IMG/VR virus record: IMGVR_UViG_3300049828_000008
Coordinates: 1-31,526 of that record
Origin: a virus
Lineage: Duplodnaviria; Caudoviricetes
Reading direction: 5' to 3' (one strand)
Length of the DNA stretch: 31,526 bases
Numbering within the stretch: position 1 is the first letter of the stretch; the number at the start of each line of letters is the position of its first letter. The notes below the pieces were generated by a model. It did not search any database, was not told where the DNA came from, and worked only from the letters and a program-made list of their open reading frames with translations. Made by a program: the position numbers and the translations under genes. Shown one piece after another: positions 10,117 to 18,244 of the stretch.

Positions 10117-11517
10117 ATGGCATTTCTAAAAAATACAGTAGTTAGTGGAACTCTTAACGTATCCACCACAACTAATTCTACAACATTTATAACCTCCACA
10201 GGTCTTAATGTTGCTAATATATTGGTATCTGTTACTTCTGATAGCGGCGGCAATGCGAATATTGCTTTCACTGTAGCTGGAATTGGTACACAAGGTGCCA
10301 CAGGTTCACAGGGAACGACTGGTGCAGGAACACAAGGCGCAACTGGATTACAAGGTTTAACTGGTCTACAGGGGCTAACCGGATTACAAGGTGCCACAGG
10401 TTCACAGGGAACGACTGGCGCAGGAACGCAAGGTGCCACTGGTATTCAAGGGTTGACAGGTCTGCAAGGTATTACCGGTGCAGGCACACAAGGTGCAACC
10501 GGACTTCAGGGATTAACTGGACTTCAGGGAACAACTGGCGCACAAGGCGCAACCGGAAGTCAGGGAACGACTGGTACAGGAACACAAGGCGCGACTGGTT
10601 TACAGGGACTAACAGGACTACAGGGACTAACTGGATCACAAGGTACAACTGGAAGTCAAGGTACTACGGGTTCTCAGGGCGCAACTGGAACTGGAACTCA
10701 AGGTGCAACCGGACTTCAGGGATTAACTGGTTTGCAAGGACTAACTGGATCGCAGGGAACTACGGGTTCGCAAGGAACGACTGGACTTCAGGGACTAACT
10801 GGACTTCAGGGATTAACTGGATCACAAGGTACAACTGGAAGTCAGGGAACGACTGGAACTCAGGGTACTACGGGACTGCAAGGATTAACAGGTTCAGGTT
10901 CGCAGGGAACGACTGGTCTTCAGGGATTAAGTGGTCTACAAGGTATTCAGGGAATTACTGGTACAGGAACACAAGGTGCGACGGGTGCCGGTAGTTCTAC
11001 TATTCCTACATCAAATACAGCAAATCCACCAAATTCACCTGTGGATGGTCAACTTTGGTGGAATGTTGATGAAGGTACGTTAAAGATTTGGTATGAAGAT
11101 ATAAACTCAAGTCAATGGGTTGATGCAGCTTCGGCAGCAATAGGTGCGCAAGGCGCGACTGGTGCGCAAGGCGCGACTGGTGTAGGAAGTAATTTTAAAG
11201 CGATTACTATTCCAACACCAACAAATACAGATGACGTTACTTTTTTCAGGGCTACATCAGGATTCACTATTTCTGAAATAAGAAGCATTTTAATAGGATC
11301 AACACCATCAGTTACATTTACAATCAGATTCGGTTCAGATCGTTCTGCTACAGGAACAGAAGTTGTTACGTCAGGAATTACAGTCACTAACACAACCACC
11401 GGGCTTTCTACAACATCTTTCAATTCAGCAACAATAGCTTCTGGCGATTATGTTTGGATAGAAGTTACGGCAGTTTCGGGAACTGTAGCAGAACTCAACC
11501 TTCAGATAGTCTACTAA
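10117..11517 (+). CDS. Collagen-like fibre protein (466 aa) with Trp-rich internal module and C-terminal beta-sandwich
   Basis: Gly-X-Y tract ~10279-10990; [12 protein letters not shown]...SSQWV module; ~110-aa all-beta C-terminal domain. Confidence 0.85.
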   Translation: MAFLKNTVVSGTLNVSTTTNSTTFITSTGLNVANILVSVTSDSGGNANIAFTVAGIGTQGATGSQGTTGAGTQGATGLQGLTGLQGLTGLQGATGSQGTTGAGTQGATGIQGLTGLQGITGAGTQGATGLQGLTGLQGTTGAQGATGSQGTTGTGTQGATGLQGLTGLQGLTGSQGTTGSQGTTGSQGATGTGTQGATGLQGLTGLQGLTGSQGTTGSQGTTGLQGLTGLQGLTGSQGTTGSQGTTGTQGTTGLQGLTGSGSQGTTGLQGLSGLQGIQGITGTGTQGATGAGSSTIPTSNTANPPNSPVDGQLWWNVDEGTLKIWYEDINSSQWVDAASAAIGAQGATGAQGATGVGSNFKAITIPTPTNTDDVTFFRATSGFTISEIRSILIGSTPSVTFTIRFGSDRSATGTEVVTSGITVTNTTTGLSTTSFNSATIASGDYVWIEVTAVSGTVAELNLQIVY

Positions 11518-11518
11518 T

Positions 11519-12613
11519 ATGGCAACTTTAGTCACTCGTTATGTTAATGCCGGATCATCTGGTGGAGATGGTACCACTCAAGCATTGACCGGTTCTACGG
11601 CAGCTTATGCGTCACTTGCTGCTTGGCAAGCTGCCCGTTTTAGAAATTTAGTTTCAGCCGATGAAATTGAAGAAGTAATTTGTGAAGGTAGTACGGAAGA
11701 TGCTATAACTGCTACCTTACTTCTTAGTGGTTGGACTACTGATGCTACGCGATATGTTTCTATAAAAGCAGGACCAAATGATCGCGCAACAACAAAATGG
11801 AGCAACTCAAAATATAGAATTACTCTGACTCCTACTGGTGGCGGCAACACTATTGAAAACTCCTCTATTTTATATTTGCGCATTGATGGTTTACAAATAG
11901 GATTTTCAGTAGCTTCTTTCAATTCTGCAACCCGCGCCGGGTATGTTTTATTTTTGAATAATCTTGTATCTGGTACAAGTGGATCAGATTGTAGGGTTTC
12001 GAATTGTTATTTGAGGTATTTCGGTGCTTCTGGTTGGAGTGCTATTACAGCAGGTAGTTATTGGGGTGGAGTAATGGCTGCGCCGGGAACGACGAGTGCA
12101 AACCCAGTTCCAAATTTTTACATTTACAATAACGTAATTAGTTATGAAGTGACTGTAGCTTCATCATGGACTGCAAATACTTATGGAATAAGGTCAGAAT
12201 ATCGGGACCAGAATGTTTACATTTATAATAATACCATAGTTGGCGCGTGGAGAATCGGAATTTCAGGAGATAATAACAATACCAGATATCACCATCTGCG
12301 AAACAATTTAATTTATGGGTGTGGAGTAGATTCTACTAATGAATATGCTGCGCGATGTGATTATAATGCCACAGACAGATCATCTTTAGGATACACTGCC
12401 AATACACATGATCGTGTATCACAGACTTTTTCATTTGTAGCATCTGATGATTTCGCATTAACCAGTTCAGATACAGGAGCTAAAGGGTATGGTGTAACCA
12501 ATCCCGGTTCTGATTTATATATAGTGGATATAAACGGAAATTCCCGTACTGTTCCTTGGGATATCGGAGCGTATGAACTTTCTTCAAGACGCAGAGCTAT
12601 GGTCATAACCTAA
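11519..12613 (+). CDS. Beta-helix-like putative receptor-binding protein
   Basis: YLRIDGLQI, RVSNCYL, YIYNNVI, YIYNNTI, LRNNLIYG repeats; C-terminal DFALT...DINGNSR..PWDIGAYE motif; short tail RRRAMVIT. AT-rich. Confidence 0.72.
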   Translation: MATLVTRYVNAGSSGGDGTTQALTGSTAAYASLAAWQAARFRNLVSADEIEEVICEGSTEDAITATLLLSGWTTDATRYVSIKAGPNDRATTKWSNSKYRITLTPTGGGNTIENSSILYLRIDGLQIGFSVASFNSATRAGYVLFLNNLVSGTSGSDCRVSNCYLRYFGASGWSAITAGSYWGGVMAAPGTTSANPVPNFYIYNNVISYEVTVASSWTANTYGIRSEYRDQNVYIYNNTIVGAWRIGISGDNNNTRYHHLRNNLIYGCGVDSTNEYAARCDYNATDRSSLGYTANTHDRVSQTFSFVASDDFALTSSDTGAKGYGVTNPGSDLYIVDINGNSRTVPWDIGAYELSSRRRAMVIT

Positions 12614-12616
12614 ATA
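12609..12616 (+). promoter_or_regulatory. Late promoter CCTAAATA overlapping the upstream TAA stop
   Basis: TAA 12611-12613 is the stop of the 364-aa gene. Confidence 0.7.
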
Positions 12617-12640
12617 ATAGTGATTCACACGGATACATAA

Positions 12641-14020
12641 ATGGCAGACTTAAATTTTCCATCATCACCTTCAGTAAATGATCTATACACAGCCAATGGT
12701 AAAACGTGGCAGTGGAATGGATCATCTTGGGTTGCACAAAATACAGGTGTTGCAGGTTCTCAAGGTATCCAAGGTATTCAGGGATTACAAGGTGTTACCG
12801 GTGCCGGAACGCAAGGTGCAACTGGTTTACAGGGATTGACTGGCACTGGTTCTCAAGGTACTACAGGTTCGCAGGGAACAAGTGGAACTAATGGATCACA
12901 AGGTGCAACTGGACTACAGGGAGCGACTGGTACAGGATCACAGGGTGCAACTGGTTTACAGGGAGCGACTGGTACAGGATCACAGGGTGCAACTGGTTTA
13001 CAGGGACTAACCGGGTTACAAGGCACGACTGGCGCACAAGGAACGAATGGTTCTCAAGGTGTCACAGGCTTGCAAGGTATTACTGGAACTGGATCACAGG
13101 GTGCGACTGGTCTACAAGGATTAACCGGGCTACAGGGACTAACGGGTTCTCAAGGAACGACCGGATCACAAGGAACTTCTGGAACAAACGGCTCGCAAGG
13201 TGCGACAGGTCTGCAAGGTATTACTGGTACTGGTACTCAGGGTGCAACCGGACTACAGGGATTAACTGGTCTGCAAGGCACTACTGGTGCGCAAGGTACT
13301 TCTGGTACTAATGGATCGCAAGGTGCAACTGGACTTCAGGGACTTACCGGAACTGGATCACAGGGTGCGACAGGATTACAAGGTATTACGGGTACTGGAT
13401 CACAAGGTGCTACTGGTCTACAGGGATTAACCGGACTGCAAGGTTTGACAGGTTCTCAAGGCACGACTGGATCGCAAGGATCAACTGGACTTCAGGGACT
13501 CACTGGTACTGGTTCACAAGGTGCCACCGGTTTGCAGGGTATTACCGGCACTGGTGCGCAAGGCGCAACGGGTTTGCAGGGATTGACCGGATTACAAGGT
13601 ATCACTGGTACTGGAAGTCAGGGTGCAACAGGTCTACAAGGATTAACTGGACTTCAGGGAATTCAAGGTACGACTGGAACTGGAAGTCAGGGTACTACTG
13701 GTATTCAAGGATTGGATGGTACAGGCACACAAGGTGCAACTGGATTGCAAGGTATTCAGGGACCAACGGGCGGCGGCGGAAGTATCGGTGGTTCGGACCT
13801 AGATATTCAGTACAATAGCGGTGGTTCGTTTGCCGGTAACTCTAACCTTACATTCAACGTCACATCCAGTCTTGCATCCTTCCAAGGTAACGTGAGAATT
13901 GCAAATTCAAGCAATCTGTTGTTCGGTGGAACTCAGGCTAACACATCAGCCAACTCCAAGATGGCAGTGAGTTGGAATGTGACCACAACATCACTCGACT
14001 TCTTGTATATCGGTGATTAA
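12641..14020 (+). CDS. Collagen-like fibre protein (459 aa)
   Basis: N-terminal LNFPSSPS...TWQWNGSSW module; Gly-X-Y tract ~12746-13780; C-terminal domain homologous to that of the 839-aa fibre, ending SLDFLYIGD. Confidence 0.85.
   Translation: MADLNFPSSPSVNDLYTANGKTWQWNGSSWVAQNTGVAGSQGIQGIQGLQGVTGAGTQGATGLQGLTGTGSQGTTGSQGTSGTNGSQGATGLQGATGTGSQGATGLQGATGTGSQGATGLQGLTGLQGTTGAQGTNGSQGVTGLQGITGTGSQGATGLQGLTGLQGLTGSQGTTGSQGTSGTNGSQGATGLQGITGTGTQGATGLQGLTGLQGTTGAQGTSGTNGSQGATGLQGLTGTGSQGATGLQGITGTGSQGATGLQGLTGLQGLTGSQGTTGSQGSTGLQGLTGTGSQGATGLQGITGTGAQGATGLQGLTGLQGITGTGSQGATGLQGLTGLQGIQGTTGTGSQGTTGIQGLDGTGTQGATGLQGIQGPTGGGGSIGGSDLDIQYNSGGSFAGNSNLTFNVTSSLASFQGNVRIANSSNLLFGGTQANTSANSKMAVSWNVTTTSLDFLYIGD
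12915..13006 (+). repeat. Exact 42-bp tandem duplication within the collagen tract
   Basis: tacagggagcgactggtacaggatcacagggtgcaactggtt at 12915-12956 and 12957-12998, plus 8 nt of a third copy. Confidence 0.9.
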
Positions 14021-14023
14021 ACC

Positions 14024-14944
14024 ATGGCACTAACATTCTTTTGGAGATGTGAAGTCACTACCATAACTGGTTTACCAGATGATTATACGGGTGGTGACAC
14101 TGTTGGTGACTTGATCAACAGTGGTGCTATTCATGTTGGCGCAGGAAGAATACCGGGTAGTAATGCCGTCTTTAAACCCTCTGGTTTTGCAGGTGGCGTT
14201 GCATGGAGCTTAGCTGAAGGTATATTTCCCGGCGATACTGCAAGTCCCGGCACCAGTGTTGGTTGTATGGGATGTTGGGTGAAACAAGTTGGAACTCTAT
14301 ACGATGGAAGTACAGGTGTTTCTGGTTTCATGAGATTTAGAAGTGCAGCCTCTACTGCTTCTTTTGATATTAGTGGTTCAGACGGAACTAGTGCTGCAAA
14401 TTATGGAGCCAGAGTGCGCAGTGTAGCTACTCAAGTTGACATATCGTGTACCGGTGCTGTTATTACTGCCGACAATTGGTTTTTTGTGGTCTTTAGGTGG
14501 GATGTTCCAAACGATAAGCTTCGACTTGAAATTTATGACGATGATTTGGTTTTGGTTGATTCAGTTCAAGATATTACAACTGATCTATCAACTGCATATC
14601 CTCCTGATATTGATGTGTTCAACACCGGTTCTTGGTCAACGTCAGCCGGTAACATGTACTTTGATATGTTCATGGTTGGCGACACCTACGATGAGCCGTT
14701 GCAAAAATATGCAACGTATCATACATACAAGCAAGTTGCTTATCCAGTAATGGCACGAATGTATGCGAATGGTGATTTTCATGCACACGAATTTGTACAA
14801 CAATCCAGTGGTCCTGCGATGAAAATTGGTTCTAATAATTCAGTTCAAGTTCTGGACATGGTTGAAGTTGCGGGTGTGCGAGGCAAACTCTACGCAAATG
14901 GAACCTATTCTTCCACACAGTTTGTTGAAACTACCACCATATAA
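14024..14944 (+). CDS. Concanavalin A/LamG-like lectin-domain protein with C-terminal triple repeat
   Basis: GCWVK...DNWFFVVFRWD...LRLEIYD...YFDMFMV pattern of LamG-like domains; three 15-aa repeats from 14756. Confidence 0.68.
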   Translation: MALTFFWRCEVTTITGLPDDYTGGDTVGDLINSGAIHVGAGRIPGSNAVFKPSGFAGGVAWSLAEGIFPGDTASPGTSVGCMGCWVKQVGTLYDGSTGVSGFMRFRSAASTASFDISGSDGTSAANYGARVRSVATQVDISCTGAVITADNWFFVVFRWDVPNDKLRLEIYDDDLVLVDSVQDITTDLSTAYPPDIDVFNTGSWSTSAGNMYFDMFMVGDTYDEPLQKYATYHTYKQVAYPVMARMYANGDFHAHEFVQQSSGPAMKIGSNNSVQVLDMVEVAGVRGKLYANGTYSSTQFVETTTI

Positions 14945-14947
14945 ATA
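14940..14947 (+). promoter_or_regulatory. Late promoter TATAAATA (perfect T4 consensus) overlapping a TAA stop
   Basis: Exact TATAAATA; TAA at 14942-14944. Confidence 0.8.
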
Positions 14948-14972
14948 CACGATAATCACGGAATAAATCACA

Positions 14973-15749
14973 ATGGCAAAATTACTAGCAACAACAGTCA
15001 CAGGTGTCATGAATGTAAGTTCGACAACGAACTCTGCAAACTATGTCACCACAGCAGGACTTGATGTTCTGGGTGTAGCAAACTCTGCACAAAACACCGT
15101 AGCATTTCATGCCGACGGTGGTCTTATTCTTGCTAAATCTAATCTCAATTTCAACAACACGGCAACGGTCACTATAGCTGCAACAGCCAATGGAACCGGA
15201 CAAGTCAACGTTGCATTTACGGCTATCGGTGGTGGTTCACAGGGCGCAACTGGACTTCAGGGAATTCAAGGTACTACTGGCGCAGGAACACAAGGTACTA
15301 CTGGCGCAGGAACACAGGGTGCTACAGGTATTCAAGGGCTTCAGGGTGCAACCGGGGCTGGACAGAAGATGATCAACTTCATCATTTCTGGTGGTGGTGT
15401 TCTGATCACGACCGGTGCTGCAAACACAGCACAATCAAAAGGTGTGATTGAAGTGGGTGCGCAAATTACGATTGCAGATTGGGACATTTATGCTAACACC
15501 GGTCCTGCAAACGCAAACATTGTGGTCGATGTGTACACAGGAACATATTCAGCTTATCCAGATTCAGTCATTCTAATTTCTGGAACTAATCCTCCGCGTC
15601 TGGATCGTCAGGCTAAAAATACGTCTGCAAGTATCACTGGATGGTCGAGTGGAGTTATTGCAGCCGGTAACGTCATTGAATTCCGCGTCAATTCAGCCGT
15701 TACTCCCGCAAACACAAACCAAGTGACTGTTTCGCTAGGATTCACATAA
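14973..15749 (+). CDS. Short collagen-like fibre protein (258 aa) with C-terminal beta-sandwich
   Basis: N-terminus homologous to the 466-aa fibre; Gly-X-Y tract ~15232-15362 with exact 24-bp tandem at 15267-15314. Confidence 0.8.
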   Translation: MAKLLATTVTGVMNVSSTTNSANYVTTAGLDVLGVANSAQNTVAFHADGGLILAKSNLNFNNTATVTIAATANGTGQVNVAFTAIGGGSQGATGLQGIQGTTGAGTQGTTGAGTQGATGIQGLQGATGAGQKMINFIISGGGVLITTGAANTAQSKGVIEVGAQITIADWDIYANTGPANANIVVDVYTGTYSAYPDSVILISGTNPPRLDRQAKNTSASITGWSSGVIAAGNVIEFRVNSAVTPANTNQVTVSLGFT

Positions 15750-15750
15750 T

Positions 15751-16497
15751 ATGCCTATTGCACCTTCATTCAGAAGTAACAGTGCATTTCAAACAGGAAC
15801 TACATCGGTCACGATGGCATTTCCTGCGAACTATACTACGTCTGATATTCTTGTTCTGGTCATTGAAACAGCAAACGATTATGTTTCGGCTCTATGGGCA
15901 ACTAACCTCACCAACAATGGATGGGCGCGAGTTGCAAATTCTAACTCATTCCCCGGTGGAACATCAGCCACAGCAAACGCAGTCTATCAAGATATATGGT
16001 GGAGTCGTCCAAGTACCACATCACAAACGGCTGTCATTTTAGGTGATGCAGGCGACCATACACTCGGAGTCTGTGCAGCATTTTCAAATTGCATTACTTC
16101 AGGTTCTCCATGGGATACGGGAACGGCTGCGGGTATCAACGTCAAGGTTTCTGTGGCAACTGCACAGGTCAATTCTTATGCAGTTACTACAGCCACCGCA
16201 AACACTCTGATTTTAACTGTCATAAACACACCTCAAGATGCTGCAAGTGCGAGACTTAGCGTACCTAAACTCTTTACTTCATCTGGCGCAAACGATGATA
16301 CAGACCTTACAGAACGATTCGATTGGGGTGCTACATCAGGTGGTGGTGGAACGATTGGATTGCATACTCACAGAAAACCCACGGCAGGACTTACTGCAAA
16401 CCTTCGCTGCAACTTAGCGGCTTCAAACACTGCAATTATCTGGACAGGGGCGTTGATTGGTGTAGGTCATCCATATTCGTTTTCCTGTACTGTATAA
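15751..16497 (+). CDS. Hypothetical Thr/Ala-rich beta protein, putative fibre partner
   Basis: 1-nt gap after the fibre stop; two-fold internal pattern (TTSDILVLVI / TANTLILTVI); short C-terminal tail HPYSFSCTV. Confidence 0.65.
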   Translation: MPIAPSFRSNSAFQTGTTSVTMAFPANYTTSDILVLVIETANDYVSALWATNLTNNGWARVANSNSFPGGTSATANAVYQDIWWSRPSTTSQTAVILGDAGDHTLGVCAAFSNCITSGSPWDTGTAAGINVKVSVATAQVNSYAVTTATANTLILTVINTPQDAASARLSVPKLFTSSGANDDTDLTERFDWGATSGGGGTIGLHTHRKPTAGLTANLRCNLAASNTAIIWTGALIGVGHPYSFSCTV

Positions 16498-16500
16498 ATA
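16493..16500 (+). promoter_or_regulatory. Late promoter TATAAATA overlapping a TAA stop, upstream of gene 13
   Basis: Exact TATAAATA; TAA at 16495-16497; SD GAGGA follows. Confidence 0.8.
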
Positions 16501-16521
16501 GGGTATCAACGAGGAATTTCA

Positions 16522-17358
16522 ATGGCAAAGCCAACCAACAAAACTGAACTTAAGGACTATTGCCTACGCAGACTAGGTTTTCCAGTCATTGATATCAACG
16601 TGGACGACGATCAGGTGGATGATCGTGTTGATGATGCGCTTCAAAAATATGCAGCGTTTCACTACGATGCTTCTATTCCTGACTATCTAGCCATTAAAAT
16701 GACTCCCGAAATGCTAGCCAATGGCAGCAATATTGCTTCCAAGTCTTCTGGTGGTGACGGGTCCAATACCTCAGTCGGCAATACCACTTATGGTTGGGTG
16801 CCGCTACCAGACAACGTAATCGGCGTGAGTAGGATGTTTCCGATTACGGGTGATACGGTCCATGGCGGCGGCTCTTCTGCTAATTTCAATATATTTGATC
16901 TGAATTATCAGTTGCGTCTAAACGAGCTTTATGAATTCACCAGTTCATCCTACCAATATTATTGGATTGCTCGTACCCATATTCGTATGCTAGAACTAAT
17001 TCTAACTGGACAAAACCCCGTTAGATTTTCCAGACACATGAATCGACTGTATATCGACATGCACTGGAATCAGCCAGAAGTTCCTGCAAACTCTTATTTC
17101 CTCATTGAATGTACTCGCGTTCTTGATCCAGTAGAATTCCCCAAGATCATGAATGATGAATGGCTCAAGGAATACACTACTCAGCTTATCAAGAAGCAAT
17201 GGGGTGAGAACATGAAGAAGTACGGTAACTACACATTGCCGGGTGGTATGATCATCAACGGACAAACGATTTATCAGGAAGCCGTTGCTGATATCATGCG
17301 CCTAGACGCAGAACTACGCTCTACGTGGGAAATGCCGCCAGAATTCTTGATCGGATAA
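16522..17358 (+). CDS. gp13: Neck protein gp13
   Basis: LKDYCLRRLG.PVIDINVDDDQ..DR.DDALQ; WLKEYTT.LIKKQWG.N.KKY...LPGG..ING; gene order. Confidence 0.95.
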   Translation: MAKPTNKTELKDYCLRRLGFPVIDINVDDDQVDDRVDDALQKYAAFHYDASIPDYLAIKMTPEMLANGSNIASKSSGGDGSNTSVGNTTYGWVPLPDNVIGVSRMFPITGDTVHGGGSSANFNIFDLNYQLRLNELYEFTSSSYQYYWIARTHIRMLELILTGQNPVRFSRHMNRLYIDMHWNQPEVPANSYFLIECTRVLDPVEFPKIMNDEWLKEYTTQLIKKQWGENMKKYGNYTLPGGMIINGQTIYQEAVADIMRLDAELRSTWEMPPEFLIG

Positions 17359-17362
17359 TACA

Positions 17363-18244
17363 ATGCCAACTAGCGTCTATTTCAACAATCAGAACGCAAC
17401 TCGGGAGCAGATGCTTCTTGAGGATTTGGTCATTGAGAGCATTCGCAATCATGGCATCGACGTTTACTATTTGCCGCGCACTTCGCAAGGTACACTCGAC
17501 ACGTTGTTTGGTGATGATCCGGTCAAGTATTTCGATCAAGCCATCAAACTCGACATGTACATGGAAACGTTTCAGGACTTCGGTGGGCAACAGGAATTCT
17601 TCTCTAAGTTTGGTTTGCAGATTGAAAAGACCGCTCGCCTTGCAGTGGCTCGTCGCACTTTCGAAAAGTACGTTCAACAAAATCTTCGGCTGATGCCAAA
17701 GGAAGGCGACCTGATCTTCATGCCAACTCAGCGCAAGCTAATGGAAATTAGATTCGTAGAACGGGATGCATCCTTCTATCAGTTGGGTAAGGTAATTCCT
17801 TACATGTATGCACTGTCACTTGAAACATTCAAGTACAACGGTGAGTTCATCAATACTGGCATCGAAGAGATTGATCTTATGGGCGACGAATCTGCACTGT
17901 CGATTCAGTACAATGTAGCTCCTACATCGACTGCATCGTTTGAACGTGGTGAAGTGGCTTATCAGGGCGGAAGTCCTGCAAGTAATGTCTTTGGTATCGT
18001 AGTAAGTTACGACAAACCAGCCGGTGAATTGCGTCTTCGCAACATTCGCGGCGAGTTTGTTTCTACTGCCAATGCAAACACGATTACTGGTTTTACTTCG
18101 ACTGCAACTGCAAATCTAGTCGATTACAACATACTCTACAATGCAACGATTCCTGTCGGTGAAATTGGTGATAACGAAATCATCGAAGAGGAAGCCAACA
18201 CGTATCTCGACTTCTCGGAAACTAATCCGTTTGGTAGTCCATAA
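17363..18244 (+). CDS. gp14: Neck/head-completion protein gp14
   Basis: LVIESI...GIDVYYLPR, FFSKFGLQI, PKEGDLIF, FYQLGK, DFSETNPFG; gene order. Confidence 0.95.
   Translation: MPTSVYFNNQNATREQMLLEDLVIESIRNHGIDVYYLPRTSQGTLDTLFGDDPVKYFDQAIKLDMYMETFQDFGGQQEFFSKFGLQIEKTARLAVARRTFEKYVQQNLRLMPKEGDLIFMPTQRKLMEIRFVERDASFYQLGKVIPYMYALSLETFKYNGEFINTGIEEIDLMGDESALSIQYNVAPTSTASFERGEVAYQGGSPASNVFGIVVSYDKPAGELRLRNIRGEFVSTANANTITGFTSTATANLVDYNILYNATIPVGEIGDNEIIEEEANTYLDFSETNPFGSP

Noticed and set aside
5951-15362. Collagen DNA repeats as a CRISPR array or non-coding repeat array
   Set aside because: Units are in-frame, vary at third codon positions, have no unique spacers and lie inside long ORFs.
4595-16497. 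Diversity-generating retroelement acting on the adhesins
   Set aside because: No reverse transcriptase in the window, and I saw no template/variable repeat pair differing only at adenines. One could lie outside the window.
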